From Camelus ferus (lineage: Eukaryota): a stretch of DNA of 64,000 nt. The stretch covers positions 15,750,001 to 15,814,000 of the forward strand of contig NC_045697.1 in assembly GCF_009834535.1 (NCBI RefSeq), given 5' to 3'. This document shows positions 1 through 12,944 of the stretch, one piece after another. Numbering within the stretch: position 1 is the stretch's first letter; each line of letters opens with the position of its first letter. The notes beneath the pieces are model-generated. The model was not told the origin of the DNA, made no database searches, and saw only the letters and a list, made by a program, of their open reading frames with translations. The position numbers were made by a program, and so were the translations under genes.

Positions 1-354
1 ATCTCTTATCACCAATTTATTTTTAGGAAGGGAAACAACTGAGATACTTTTGAAGTTGCTACAATCTTTATTTACATTAGCTTATCCAGTAGAACTTTAA
101 CAATTTAAAGGGTTTTTCCCCCCAGAAAGTAATTACAATGATGATGTATTTTACAGTTTGTTGATGGCAAAGACATTTTCCTTAAAAAGAGTCTTGATGT
201 ACATTACTTTAAATATGGTTCTGAAATAGTGGTTGTGCAAAATGTATTGTACTAATTAAGCAAGCTAGAAGTACTAAGAAAATTTGTGATTATTGCATTA
301 ATTTCTGGACCAAATAAAAAAGCGCAGTTAATTTTTATGGCACAATTTATTTGA

Positions 355-850
355 TACTTGCAGCTGCCTCTCCAGTACCCATTCACCTCTTCTCAGTAAC
401 CGCTGATTTCTGTTTGGGATTCCATGTGGTTTTAGGGAAGATACTGACTCCATCTAGGCTGTAGGAATACAGCACATGACCTCGACCAAGCCAGCTGGAC
501 CAATGCACTGCCCTAGCCACCACGCTTGGCTCAGAAGTTGGCATGTGACCGAAGCTAGTATAATCAGAGGGAGAGAATGGAGTGACCCACAGATATGAAG
601 TCTAGAACTCTGGAAGCCATTTTGTTTCATTAGTGAAGACTGCATGTGGGTAAGGAGGCTCTACAGAGAACAAAAGGGGTGAGAGAGTCACAGTAAGCCT
701 GAGATACAGACTGACTGCATTTTAATCAAACCGTGTCTAGAGACCACTCTGTTTCTTGGTCTGTCATTGGAGCAGTCAAGACATTTCCTTATTACTTTGG
801 TCACTTTATGTTGTTTTCTTTTACTTGAAACCAAAACCATTCTGATACAT
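355..850 (+). mobile_element. Old MaLR solo LTR (MLT1J/K/L-like)
   Basis: MLT1-type internal motifs (gcatgtgaccgaagct, ggaagccattttg) and a 3' terminus ttacttgaaaccaaaaccattctgataca resembling the MLT1 end; subfamily uncertain. Confidence 0.6.
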
Positions 851-1648
851 CCCTATTCATGTGTGGCAGAATGGATAAGATCCTTTGACTACAAGAAATA
901 TGTTTTGGTATTTAGATTTGAGGACAAATGTCTTTGATCCATAGCATTGCAAGGTAAGTAATAAAACCACTTTAGGAGGTCTCAGCTCCACAGACTGTGT
1001 GGTCAGATTGACTCATCATACTCTCTTGCTCAGGGTCCATTCTGTTTTCTTTGTTAGGCAGCACCACCCTTGACAAACTCAAGAGTAAATGATGTCAGAG
1101 TTGATCTAATAATACTGCTTATGCTATATGATAACCTACATGCACCATCTGGGGTATTAGGAGCTTGACTGAGCTGGAAAAAAGAGAGCTGAGCTGGTAG
1201 GTATCAGAGTAACAGGATTCATGCAACAAGCCAAAGATAAGAGTTAAGTCTTTAACCACTTGCTGAGATAATGTAAGCAAGAGGCTAAAATCAGAGAAAT
1301 TGCCAACTCCTCCTGTTCCATTTTCCCCCATGAATCCAGAGTTGAGTGGATCGCTGCAGATATGAAGGGTTGTCTCACTGTTGAGGGAACCTTGAACAAA
1401 AGCCTCTGGCACTTTTGTGGACCTCAGGTGGGGGAAGCACTACAGGTGGAAAAGTATTGGATATGAGAGTAGGGAAATATATCTTCAAGGTCTGCGTTTT
1501 CACTCCATAAGAAGACCTTGGCAGAGGCACCTGAAGGGGACCTCAGCCGAAGTCTTCTGATAAGGAAACCTAGGAATATAGGAGCCTGGTCTAGAACTGC
1601 AGGTAAATGAAAGTATGACCAGTGGGCAACCTGGGGGCCTAAGTTCTT

Positions 1649-3274
1649 TTTTTTTTTTTAAAATATATTTTTATTGAAGTACAGTCAGTTTACAATGTTG
1701 TGTCAGTTTCTGGTGTACAGCACAATACTTCAGTCACATAGGAACATACATACATTCAGTCTCATATTCTTCACCATAGATTACTACAAGATATTAAATA
1801 TAGTTCCCTGTGCTATACAGTATAAACTTGTTGTTTATCTATTTTATATATAGTAGTTAGTATCTGAAAATCTCAAACTCCAAATTTATCCCTTCCCACC
1901 CCTTTTCCCCCTGGTAACCATAAGTTTGTTTTCTATGTCTATGAGTCTGTTTCTGTTTGGTAAATAAGTTTGTGTTTTTTTAGATTCCACATGTAAGTGA
2001 TATCATGTGGTATTTTTCTTTCTCTTTTTGGCTTACTTCACTTAGAATGACATTTTCCAGGTTCATCCATGTCACTGCAAATGACATTATTTTATTCTTT
2101 TTTATGGCTGAGTAGTATTCTGTTGTATAAATATACCACAGCTTCTTTATGCAGTCATCTGTTGATGGACATTTAGGTTGTTTCCATGTCTTGGCTATTG
2201 TAAATAGTGCTGCTATGAACATCGGGGTGCATGTATCTTTTTGAATTAAGGTTCCCTCTGTATATATGCCCAGGAGTGGAATTGCTGGATCATATGGTAA
2301 GTCTGTTTTTAGTTTTTTGAGTAATCGCCATACTATTATCCATAACGGCTGCACCAAACTACATTCACACCAACAGTGTAGGAGGGTTCCCTTTCCTCCA
2401 CAGCCTCTCCACCACTTATCATTTATGGACTTTTGAATGATGGCCATTCTGGTTGGTGTGAGGTGATACCTCATTGCAATTTTGATTTGCATTTCTCTGG
2501 TAATAAATGATATTGAGGATTTTTTTCATGTGTCTATTGCCATTCGTATGTCTTCATTGGAGAATTGCTTGTTTAGGTTTTCTGCCCATTTTTGGATTGG
2601 GTTGTTTGTTTTTTTCTTACTAAGCTGAATGAGCTGTTTATATATTCTGGAAATTAAGACCTTGTCAGTCTCATCTTTTGCCAATATTTTCTCCTATTCC
2701 ATAGGTTGTCTTTCTATTTTGCTTCTGGTTTCCTTTGCTGTGCAAAAGCTTGTGAGTTTAATTAGGTCCCATTTGTTTATTTTTGCTCTTATTTCTATTG
2801 CTTGGGTAGACTGCCTTAGGAAAACATTGCTGAGATTTATGTCAGATAATGTTTTGCTTATGTTTTCTTCTAAGAGGTTTATAGTGTCTTGTCTTATGTT
2901 TAAATATTTAAGCCATTTTGAGTTTATTTTTGTGTATGGTGTGAGGGAGTATTCTAACTTCATTGATTTACTTGCAGCTCTCCAGTTTTCCCAACATCAT
3001 TTACTGAAGAGATTTCTTTACCCCATTTTATGTTCTTGCCTCCTTTGTCAAAGATTAATTGACCAAAAGTATGTGGGTTTATTTCTGGGCTCTCTATTCT
3101 GTTCCATTCATCCATTTGCCTGCTTTTGTACCAATACCATAGTATTTTGATTACTGTAGTTCTGTAGTATTGTCTGAAGTCTGGGAGGGTTATTCCACCA
3201 GCTTCATTCTTTTTCTTCAGTAATGCTTTGGCAATTCTGGGTCTTTTGTGGTTCCACATAAAATTTAGGATTAT
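1649..3274 (-). mobile_element. 5'-truncated LINE-1 (artiodactyl/camelid type): ORF2 C-terminus, 3'UTR and polyA
   Basis: PolyT at ~1647-1659, artiodactyl L1 3'UTR (ttttattgaagtacagtcagtttacaatgttgtg), and an 18-bp TSD ctgggggcct(a/g)agttctt at 1631-1648 and 3275-3292. Confidence 0.97.
1980..3259 (-). pseudogene. Frameshifted L1 ORF2 C-terminal remnant
   Basis: Three ORFs in the track (2960-3259, 2694-2963, 1980-2492) give canonical ORF2 peptides: [87 protein letters not shown]. Confidence 0.95.
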
Positions 3275-3933
3275 CTGGGGGCCTGAGTTCTTGACTGCAA
3301 CTCCCTGCAGAGATTGCAGTGCTCTGGCTGTGCACCAAGTCTGTCATTGAGAGGGCAGTTTTCCCTCATGAGACCTGCCAGGTAAGACCTTTGTAATTGG
3401 CTATGGTGAGGCCTGAAAAATCACACATTGTTTTATAGTCAGAAGCTGGACTCCTCAAGAGGAAAGCCAGATGATTTTTTGTTCTAAGATCCTAAGCATT
3501 TTCATGAACACTATTTAATGTAATATTTGAGACCCTAATATGTCACATGAATCAGAATTAAGTTATACATTGTTTGAAAACTCCTGCATTTGTGGGTTTT
3601 TATTATTCCATGTTGGAAGCCTTTGGGTTCAAAGACTTTTAAGTAGGTTACAATTTGCATGGCAAAGTGAAACTCAGTAGACAATGCTCAGGAGGAAATC
3701 AGCCATTCTGTAATCAACAAAACTTGGTGTCACAGTTTCTAAAATTTAAACATCTAAAGAATAAAGAGAGCCCTGATTATTTGCTCCCTGGATAGTCATG
3801 CAACCCCTAAATCTTCAATATTTCATTTCAGTGGGCAAACACTATAATCCCTGTACAGACCTTAAATGTTTTATCTGATAAGTATTACAGATTCTCCCAA
3901 ACATATGATGTCAACACTCCTTTCAAATGGCTT

Positions 3934-4069
3934 AAGAAAAAAAAATTCTTTGGCAGGGGGAGGTAATTAGATTTGTTTATTTATTTATTTTCAGAGGAGG
4001 TACTGGGATTGAACCCAGGACCTCATGCATGCTACGCAAGTGCTCTACCACTTGAGCTATACCCTCCCC
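3934..4069 (-). mobile_element. Vic-1-type camelid SINE (tRNA-Ala derived)
   Basis: Minus strand reads ggggagggtatagctcaagtggtagagc...gggttcaatcccagtacctc (A and B boxes), then (aaat)n and ctaattacctccccc; TSD tcaaatggctt at 3923-3933 and 4072-4082. Confidence 0.9.
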
Positions 4070-4521
4070 TCTCAAATGGCTTTTTGGAGTTTACTGACTC
4101 ATAAGGTCTACTTTCCCCATCTCTTGCTGAACACCATGAAATGTCAACTTTTTGAGCATCATGAGGTCTCCTTCCCTGGTGATCACAAGGCAGATCTTAA
4201 CAGGAGTAGGACTTCTTGCACACCCTGGGTATTAGAAAAACCTCCAAAACTAAACAAACAAAAACCTTTCAGCTTTGATGTGTTAAACTGGGTTGTGAAT
4301 TAAGCTATAGGACACAGAATGAGTACACACCCAGTAAGATGCTGCGTGTCTCTGTGTGACTCTAAAAATATAGGAAATAAACTTAAAAAAATTCTATTTT
4401 TCTCACATAATTTTAAGCTCAAATATGATAAACTTAACTTTTGGCATCTAAGAACAAATCATAGGGTAATTTATGGATAAAAGGTTTGGCCTAAAGTGAG
4501 GGTCATAAAAAGAGTGAAAAA

Positions 4522-4566
4522 AAATGTTTATGTTATGTATATTTTACCACAATAAAAAAAAAAAAA
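4522..4566 (+). mobile_element. Very short old L1 3' terminus with polyA
   Basis: tttatgttatgtatattttaccacaataaaaaaaaaaaaa matches L1MB/MC-type extreme 3' ends. Confidence 0.55.
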
Positions 4567-5187
4567 TCTTGCCTCATAGCAAAAAGCCTAGATTTTAAAA
4601 TAAAAGGTGAAGGAAGGGGAGAGTTGAATTAAACAAAATTTCTTTTCAGTTAAAAAACTTATTTTTGAATTTCATTTTTTCCCACAGCCATTTTTCAATT
4701 TTGAATATTAAAAAAATAAATATTCTGTATTTCAAAATCTGATTTAAAAATTGAGAAATTTATTGGTTCTAACATCTCACACCATTTCCAGTTTTTACAA
4801 GTTAGTATTTTATTTTGATATATTCTGGTTTATATTTTATAACATTATTAATTATCAAGTTTGAAATTCTATAACATTAATATAGTAGATATTTGTGTAT
4901 ATCCTGTGCCTTATAAGTTCTACATTTTGTTTATTGGTAATTAAAATAAGAATATGTATATAATATTAAATAAATGATTTATCTATATATTATATAAATA
5001 TATGCTAGTAAATTATATATGTATATAAATGAAGTCTTACATTGTGGTCTTGAGTCAAATAATATTTCCAGTCAAAGTCTCAACTGCCTGTATTTCCATG
5101 GATTGTTCTCTGTCAATCATTGCAATTCTAAGATGCAAGATACATCCTTGAGTCTCCACCAGGAAAATTTGAAGATTTGTTCTGGTT

Positions 5188-5680
5188 ATATTAGTTATTT
5201 ATTGTTGCATAACAAATTACCGCAAATCTCTGGGCTAAAGATGACAAGCATCTGAACGTCAGAGACTCTGGGAGCAACTTAGCTGGGTGGTTCTGGCTCC
5301 CAGTCTCATGAAATTCCATTTGGGATGCCAATCAGATCCGCAGTCACCTGCGTGTTTGAGGCGGGTGGGAGGATTCACTTTCAACACTTTGTCAAGGAGC
5401 TCTTGGCTGGATGCCTCATTCTTCATTGGCTGATGGCAGGAGGCCTCAGTTCCTGGCCATATGGGCCTCTCCATGTCAGTTAATATCCCCCAGAGGAGGG
5501 AGAAAGCCACATGCCTTTTATGACCTGGTCTTGGGAGTCACACAGAATCACTTCCATCATGTTCTACTTGGTAGAAGTCAGTCACTAAGTCCAGCATTAC
5601 TCCAGGGGAAGGGGATTAAGCTTCAAATTCTAGAGGATGGAGAATTAAAGAATCTGTGGATATGTTTTAGAACCACCACA
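5188..5680 (-). mobile_element. MaLR solo LTR (MLT1F-like)
   Basis: tattagttatttattgttgcataacaaattacc ... agctgggtggttctggctc ... gcctcagttcctggcca ... gttttagaaccaccaca. Confidence 0.8.
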
Positions 5681-6254
5681 TTGTTATTGGGTCAAGGTAG
5701 TACTAATTTGGAAGATCATTGGATTTATATGCTGCAAACCTTGATATTATAATCCAGAGCATGAGAGGTTAACGTGTAAAGAAATACATATTATGAAATG
5801 AAAAAAATTGTACCCCCTAGAAAAGAGCACTGTTAAATCACTGTTAGAAACATCAATTAGCTAGGATAGTTACTCTCAACCTTAAGATTTAAATTTTTAA
5901 GCCTAGAAGGATTTAAAATTAAGTATAAAACACATAAGAGAATCAGAACTGTGTGTTAATATTTTTGATTAAGAAAATGGCTATGCATATTTGAAATTTT
6001 ATATACTGTAATGTGTAGGAGCGGCCTGTTGTATTCCCAAACCTTTAACTATAATTTGAAATATGCATTTAAGGACTAGATTTAGACTCATAATGTTTGG
6101 GTAAAACCTTACAAATAATTCTCAGTAATGAAATAGCTAAGAGAATTTAGGTTTATTATGTTTAAAAGTTTGATTTATTGGGTTTGTGAGAATTATTGAG
6201 CACTTGGATTTTTTTCCCTTAACTCAGGCAGTTGAAGTTTTTAAAGAGCAAATG

Positions 6255-6358
6255 CTCAGGTGCCTTGATCTTGGACTTTGCAGTCTCTAGAACTGTGAGA
6301 AATACATGTTGTTTAAGCCCCAGCCTAAATATTTTTGTTACATCAACCCAAACAGACA
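6255..6358 (+). mobile_element. MaLR LTR 3' fragment (MLT1A-D-like)
   Basis: ccttgatcttggactttgcagtctctagaactgtgagaaatacatgttgtttaagcc. Confidence 0.75.
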
Positions 6359-7020
6359 CTGAACAATCTATAAAGCGGACACTAATATGTAAAATACTGT
6401 CTGGATGTTCTAGGCCAGCTTCCTCTCCCTTTCAGACCTCTGGTTATTCCTACATGGTCTTTCCATGGCCTCCTAGACCCTCGCTCCTGCCCTAGTCCTG
6501 GTGTCCAAGTCAGTGGCACTTGTAGGCAGAAATAAGATAACAGAAGAAGGAGAAGATGATTGTTCTAGGCCTGGACTTTCTGATCTAACAGCTTCTTATT
6601 GTGCATGCTCCCCCACTTCTGCTGCGTAAAATTTGGAGAAGCCAGAACAAGTATGATGCAGAAACCACTGGTAAGGTGGGGTTTCTTATCTGCCTGCAGA
6701 CTGACTTGACTGATGTTCCCTAGTAGTTTGGACGCTTCCATGTCCTACTTAATTGTAGGCCTGTTCTCTGGATGGTCCCAAGCTTTTCCCTGTCCAAAGG
6801 CAAATGTTTTACTGTAGGGGAAAAAAAAAACGTTGCAAGAATACTTGCTGGAGAGCTTCTCTTAACAGTCAAAGATCAAGATTTTCATTTTAAGGGCAAA
6901 TTTTCTATAACTATGTACACAGACATAAAAGATAATTTTTAACTATGTACCTCATACCACCACAAGAACTTTGAAAATGTTGAACTGAAACACTATGATA
7001 TTAAAAAAAGACTATGTGCC

Positions 7021-7518
7021 TGTCGTTAGTTAAAACATGGTTCTCCCAAAGATATCAGGTCCTGATTCCTGGAACCCATAAATGTTACTTTATATGGCAA
7101 AGCCTTTGCAGATGTGGTTATATGAAGAATACTGAAGTGATGAGAGAATCCTGAATTATCCAGGTGGACCCTAAATGCAATCACATGTATCCTTGAAAGA
7201 GGGAAGCAGAGGGAGATTTTACTGCACACAGAGGACAAAGACATGTGAAGACAGAGCAGAGAGGGAATGGAGGATTGTGGCTTTGAAAATTGGAGTCATG
7301 TGGCTCGAGACAAGGCAGACTGGCTGCTACCTGAAGCTGGAAGAGGCAAGGAACAGATTCGCCCTTCCAGCCTTTGGAAGGAGCAGGGTCCTGCAGACAC
7401 TTTGCTTTTGGTCCAGTAAAACTGGCTTCTGATTCTTGGCCTTCAGAACTATGGGAAAATTATGTTGTAAACCACTGTATGTTGCTAATTTATTACAGAA
7501 ACCATAGGAAACAAATCA
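7021..7518 (+). mobile_element. MaLR solo LTR (MLT1C/D-like)
   Basis: cccaaagatatcaggtcctgattcctggaacc...gcctttgcagatgtg...attatccaggtggaccctaaatgcaatcaca...cagaact...ataggaaacaaatca. Confidence 0.85.
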
Positions 7519-8029
7519 GGTAACTTTGCAACAAAACAGGCTGTGAGAGGCCTGAAGTGTTTCCAACTAACATGGTGAACATGGGAAATGTAATTCAAAG
7601 GACCATGGGGCTCAGACCATATGGAATCATCACCAGATGGGCCTCACTGGTTCCAGCATGTAGTCACAGTTTCCCTCTAACACCTGGCAGGCAGGTGGCA
7701 GCCACTGTCAAACCTGCATCACCATTCCAAGTTCATTTTCAGCATGAGAGTGGGTTGGCAATCCTGGACTCCACTGTCAACACATCTCTACAGCCAGGAT
7801 CTGTGTAAAGAAATTCCAGAGAGAGACCTGCCTTGCCCCAGGCTGGCCAGGTCCTAGAACTGGATGGTGTAGTGGACCATGCTTGTGGATACATCAGTCT
7901 CATTGAAAGCCTGCTCTGAGCAATGAGCAAGAAAGCCCTGGAAAATGAGGCAAATTGTGTTTCAACCACTCCCCAAACAAGGAGCAAATAACAAAATGAC
8001 CTTTAAAACCTCCAGAGTTTAGAAGGGAA

Positions 8030-9295
8030 TAATCTTGCCCCTAACGTTGTGGGACCGTGGAACAAGAGCACAGTTTTAGTTTTATTTACCATTAGATTTA
8101 AAGATTTAAAGGTCATAAATTAAGCTAACCAGCTATTATGTAAACATGTTCTAATTGCTTACCTTGACAAATACACTTTTACAATAAGAAACTCAAATAT
8201 ATGTGTAAAACGATAGCTTTTATGTGATTATAGCAAAATGGTGAAGACAACCCAATTTAGTGTTAGTTGTGTATGTCTGGATGTTACTGTTGATTGAATG
8301 GTTTTGTTTGGATGACTGATAAAATAAAAATTCATAAATTATTATGTATTTATTCCATGAAATTTATTTCTCTTGACTCCATTTCAGTAATATCAATAAT
8401 TATGTTATTATAATCATTATTTTTTCCTTTGGGCTATGTTCTATAATAGGAGTTACATAAAAGATTAAATAATTCTGTTGCATTCAAAATGAATAAATTT
8501 CAATATATTTTCATACACAATAAAGTAAATATAAGATATCAAAAATTTAAATAATTTTTATAAGTTTTCAGAAAGTTATTTTTATTCTAGGCTATTTAAA
8601 ACCCAAATACAAATACAAATCATAATAAACATCAACATTTTAACTCAGAATTATTAAAGTTGAAATTTGTTCATTTTTGAAAATACGACTGTCATACTAC
8701 ATACATTTACAAAAATAAAACTATTAACATTCCTTCTATTGACTGTCTGTCAAATTGCTAATGTAAAGATTGTCAAGCTTCACACATTTATGTCTCAAAT
8801 TACATAATGAAGATTTGAGAGCAATATTAATTACTATTACGAAATGTCCATCAGCTGCCGTGTGCAATGTTGCAAATATTATGCTAATTAATTCCTAAGT
8901 GCGTACTGAAACACTGATTGGAAATGGTACTTTGTTATGTGAGTATCTATGGCATTCATGCTGAGAGATCTGATAGATTAATTTGACTCCCTGAGAGGAA
9001 ATCCTTCCGGCACATGGAAGCATTGTCTGTCTGCAACATCATCAGCTTTATGATCACACATTTTCATTCCTATCCCTACCACTTAGGGGCACAAAGGAAG
9101 AGATGTGGAAGAGCATTTCCCTGCACCCTGAACATTGTTATTCATAAGAGAGACTGTTTAGCATCTATCAGCAGGAAGTGATGCAGGAGCCCAGGTTCTG
9201 TTTAATTCTTTAGGGGGTTAGCATCCTTTGTGACCTTCTAAACCACGAGGTGTAGGGCAAGAGTCCTCACTGCCCAGGCCTAAGGGCGCTACTGG
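8030..9295. mobile_element. Probable hAT (Tip100-like, MER96/FordPrefect-type) DNA transposon fossil
   Basis: Right end on the minus strand reads cagtagcgcccttaggcctgggca...gccct; left end gcccctaa..gtgggacc..caagagcaca; both resemble hAT-Tip100 termini around an AT-rich interior. Family not firmly identified. Confidence 0.35.
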
Positions 9296-9608
9296 AAGGG
9301 AATTCCCCAGGTTTTCTCTTCCCAGTTGTACGCAGCTCTAGTCTAGAAGAAAGAGAAAATGCCATGGGGTTACCCCAAATTTCAAAGACCTGCCTTTTGA
9401 CACAGCACAACTAAGCTCAGAACTACAGTATAAACTAGAAAACTGCTGGCGATTTTGTAACTTGTCTTTACCTTGCTTGCTTTTGTAGTTGGCTGCTCCC
9501 TACAGAAATCTTCCCTCCTGCTGCTTCTCATCATGTCCAATTTCCTCAAGTTGTATTTAAAATGATAGTGAGAAGTGATAATCCTGGGAAGGACATATTT
9601 ATAGTTAA

Positions 9609-9662
9609 AGTATATATATATATAAATAAATATAAAGAATATATATATATATATATATAAAA
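9609..9662. repeat. (TA)n / AT-rich simple repeat
   Basis: tatatatatataaataaatataaagaatatatatatatatatatataa. Confidence 0.9.
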
Positions 9663-10124
9663 GAATACATGGTAAAATATGTGGATTTGTAAATTTTCAG
9701 AGGGTAGACTGACAGGGTTATCAGTCCTCTTGTAAACAACAGAGTTACAAGTTGAATACTTGAAAAGTTAAAAATCTCAAATAACAAAGAGATTCTTAAT
9801 ATTTTACTCCCCTGGACAAATCCTGTGATTTATTTCAAATCTGTGTTAAAACAGTCCTTTTGAAGTTTGATAATTTTTGATGATATGATTAACTTTCCCC
9901 TCCCCTGATAAGAATCCTATTGTCTCAGGGATCTTTCTCTCTTGCAGATCACAAGAAAAATCCTGAAGAGGGTCTTAAGCATAATCAAGTATATAAAATA
10001 ATTCATAATTTTGCTGTGTTAAAGAGCTACGAGATAGTCCTAGGTGAGAGCTCTCCTTCTCTCAATGCAATTCTTATAAATGGGACAAAACAATTGCAAG
10101 TGTCTTGAAATTTTATTTTATTTT

Positions 10125-12200
10125 AATTTTAACAGTTTTATTGAGACATAATTCATAAATCATAGAGGTCATTCATGTAATGTGCAAAATTAAATGGTTT
10201 TTAGTACGTTCACAGAGTTGGGAAACTATCACCACAATCAATTTTGGAACATTTTTATCTTCCCAGAAAGAAATATGTTGACCAATTACAGTCATCCCCC
10301 ATCCTTCTCAACCCACCTCAGCCCTAGGCAACCACTAATTTCTGTCTATAGATTTGCCTATTCTGGACATTTCACATAAATGGAATCATGCAACGTGTAT
10401 CCTTTGAGACTGACTCCTTTCACTTGACATGTTATCAATGTTCCATTACTTTTTCTTGCTGAATACTATTCTGTTGTATAGATACATTTATTTCATTTAT
10501 CCATTCATCAGCTCATGCAAATTTGAGTTGTTTCCATGTTTTGCTCTTATAAATAATGCTGCTGTGAACATTTGTGTATGGTATGTACTTAGGAATGGAA
10601 TTTCTGGGTCACATGGTATAACTCTATGCTTAAATTTTGAGGAATGCCAAACTGCACCATTTTGCATTCCCACCAGCAGTGTATGAAGGTGCTAGTTTCT
10701 TCACTTCCTCTCCAACTCTTGTTACTGTCTTTCTTTTTTATTATAGCCATCCTAGTGGGTATAAAATGTCTCACTGTGGTTTTGATTTACATTCTCCCTA
10801 GTGGCTAATGATGTTGATCATCTTTTCATGTGCTTACTGGCCACTTGTGTATTTTATTTGGAAACATGCCTGTTCAGATCATTTGCCCATTTTAAATTTA
10901 GGTTTTTATTATTGCATTATTAGAGTTCTTTACTGGATATAAGTCCTTTATCAGATATATGATTTGTAAATATTTTCTCTCATTTTGTGGGGATATCTTT
11001 CAGTTCCTTGATTTAACATAGCATAAAATATATGTGATGGTTAATACTGTATCAACTTAACTGTGCCATGGTGTGGGGAGGTGCCCAGATATTTGGTCAA
11101 ACATTATTCTGGTGCGTCTGGGAGGTTGTTTTTGGATGACATTAACATTAGCATCAGTAGACTAAGCAAAGTAGTTTACATTTTGTCCTGTGAGTAGGCC
11201 TCATCTAATCAGTTAAAGACCTAAATAGAACAAAAAGGCTGACTCTTCCTTGAGTAAATAACTCCTTTTGCCTGACAGCTTGAGCTAGCACATTGGTCTT
11301 TGGACTTAAACTGAAACATCACTGTTCTAGGGGCTCAAGTCTGCTGGCTATGGGGCTTGAACTTACACCATCTATTCTCCAGTTTGCTGATTGCAGATCT
11401 TGGGAATTCTCAGTCTTCATAATTTCATGAGCTGATTCCTTTCTCTTTCTATCTATGTATTTCTATAGCTATATAGAAATCTCTTTCTATGTATATATTC
11501 ATCCTGTTGGTTCTGTTTCTCCAGAGAACCCTGACTAAGATAGTCAAATTTATTATTTTTTTATATTACTTATGATTTTGATGTCCTATCTAAGAAGGCT
11601 TTTTCTAACGCAAGGTCATGAAGATTAACTCCTATATTATCTTCTAAGATTTTTATAGCTTTAGTTCTTACATTTGGGTCTATGGTCATATCAAATTAAT
11701 TTTTGTGTATGGTGTGAGGAATAGTTCCAACTTCATTCATTTACATGTGGGTATCAAATTCACTGCCCATTGAATTTACTTGGCACTCTTGTCAAAAGTC
11801 AATCGACCATAACTTTGAATATTTGTTTATTTTAACTTTTTATTCTATTCCAAGAACGTATATGTTTATTGTTACAGTATCATATTGATCACTATAGTTT
11901 TGTACTAAGTTTTGAAATTGGGACTTGCAAGTGTGATCATTCAACTTGCCACCACTAAGTATTATGTTAGCTGTGATTTTATGTAGGTACCCTTTATTGA
12001 GTTAAGGAAGTTCCCCTCAATTTCTGGTTTGTTGATTGTTCTTGTGATAAATTGTTGGTTTTTGTCAAATGACTTCTCTATGTCTATGGAGACGATCATG
12101 TGGTTTTTGTCCTTTATTCTATTGATAGGATGTATTACAATAACTCATTTTTTGAATGTTATATTGACATTCCATTTTGGGACAAGTCTTATAAAATTCT
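10125..12200 (-). mobile_element. Old L1 (L1MB7/8-like) 3'UTR and ORF2, interrupted by an MLT2 LTR
   Basis: L1MB 3'UTR motifs (cacagagttgggaaactatcaccacaatcaatttt, gccctaggcaaccactaat); ORF 10589-10774 gives MRHFIPTRMAIIKK..HCWWECKMVQ; L1 resumes after 11541. Confidence 0.9.
11033..11541 (+). mobile_element. ERVL solo LTR (MLT2B/D-like) inserted in L1
   Basis: tgtgatggttaat...gtgcccagatatttggtcaaacattattct...tcctgttggttctgtttctccagagaaccctgactaa. Confidence 0.9.
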
Positions 12201-12489
12201 CATCCTATGCTTTTTTGGCACAAAATACTGGAATATATCAGTAATAGTAACTACTGTAATAATGTGGTGGAACCAGTTCAATAATGCCTGGATTGTTGAG
12301 GTTTTCCAATCTGAAGACAGGGATATACTTTGATAATCCTACTGTGAGTAGAGATTCACTTTCCTACTTCTGCTCTCACTCTGATATTTTCCATCTCTGG
12401 TAGCAATGAGTCTTCAATCCAAATGAAAACATGATCAGAATCAGAAGCCCCCAAGTTAGTAAGGGGAAATAGCATAAAAGTCAGCTACC

Positions 12490-12944
12490 CTATTAGTTTT
12501 CTAAGGCTACCCTAACAAAATACCACAAACTGAGTCTCAAATAACAGAAATGTATTTTCTCACAGTTTTAGAGGCTCGAGTCCTGAGATCCGGGTATTGG
12601 CAAGGTTGGTTCCTTCTGCAGGCTTTGCCGAAGAATCTGTTGCATGTCTGTCCTCTAGCTGCTGGTGCTTTTCTTGGCCATCTCTAGTGTTCTTTAGCTC
12701 ATTGATGCATCCCCCTGACCCATGTTGATGTTCACATGGGGTTGCCTGTGTGTATGGTGTCTGTCTCCAAATTTCCTTTTTATAAGGACACCAGTTATAT
12801 TAGCATAGGGCTCACCCTCATGCCTTCATTTAGCTTAATCACCTCTGTAATGACCCTGTCTTCAAATAAGGTCACGTTGTGAGGAACTGTGCATTAGGAC
12901 TTCAACATATACATTTTGGGGAGGACACAATTGAATCCATTAAT
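12490..12944 (-). mobile_element. MaLR solo LTR (MLT1B/C-like)
   Basis: tattagttttctaaggct..aacaaaataccacaaactg...ataaggacaccagt...aaataaggtcac...aggacttcaacatat...ggacacaattgaatcc; flanked by gctacc direct repeats (12484-12489, 12945-12950). Confidence 0.88.

Noticed and set aside
1980..3259. Longest ORFs (170 aa on minus, 173 aa on plus) as host genes
   Set aside because: The minus ORFs are frameshifted L1 ORF2. The 2629-3150 plus ORF is the commonly open antisense frame of L1.
860..3428. Possible ancient LTR (tgtggcagaatgg... to ...aatcacaca) hosting the L1 at 1649-3274
   Set aside because: TG..CA-like ends are suggestive, but I cannot match the body to a family or find a TSD; it needs a Dfam search.
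3993..4069. Functional tRNA-Ala genes (also ~45010-45084 and ~60715-60790)
   Set aside because: Each has a SINE tail and TSDs plus stem-disrupting substitutions, so they are SINE heads rather than tRNA genes.
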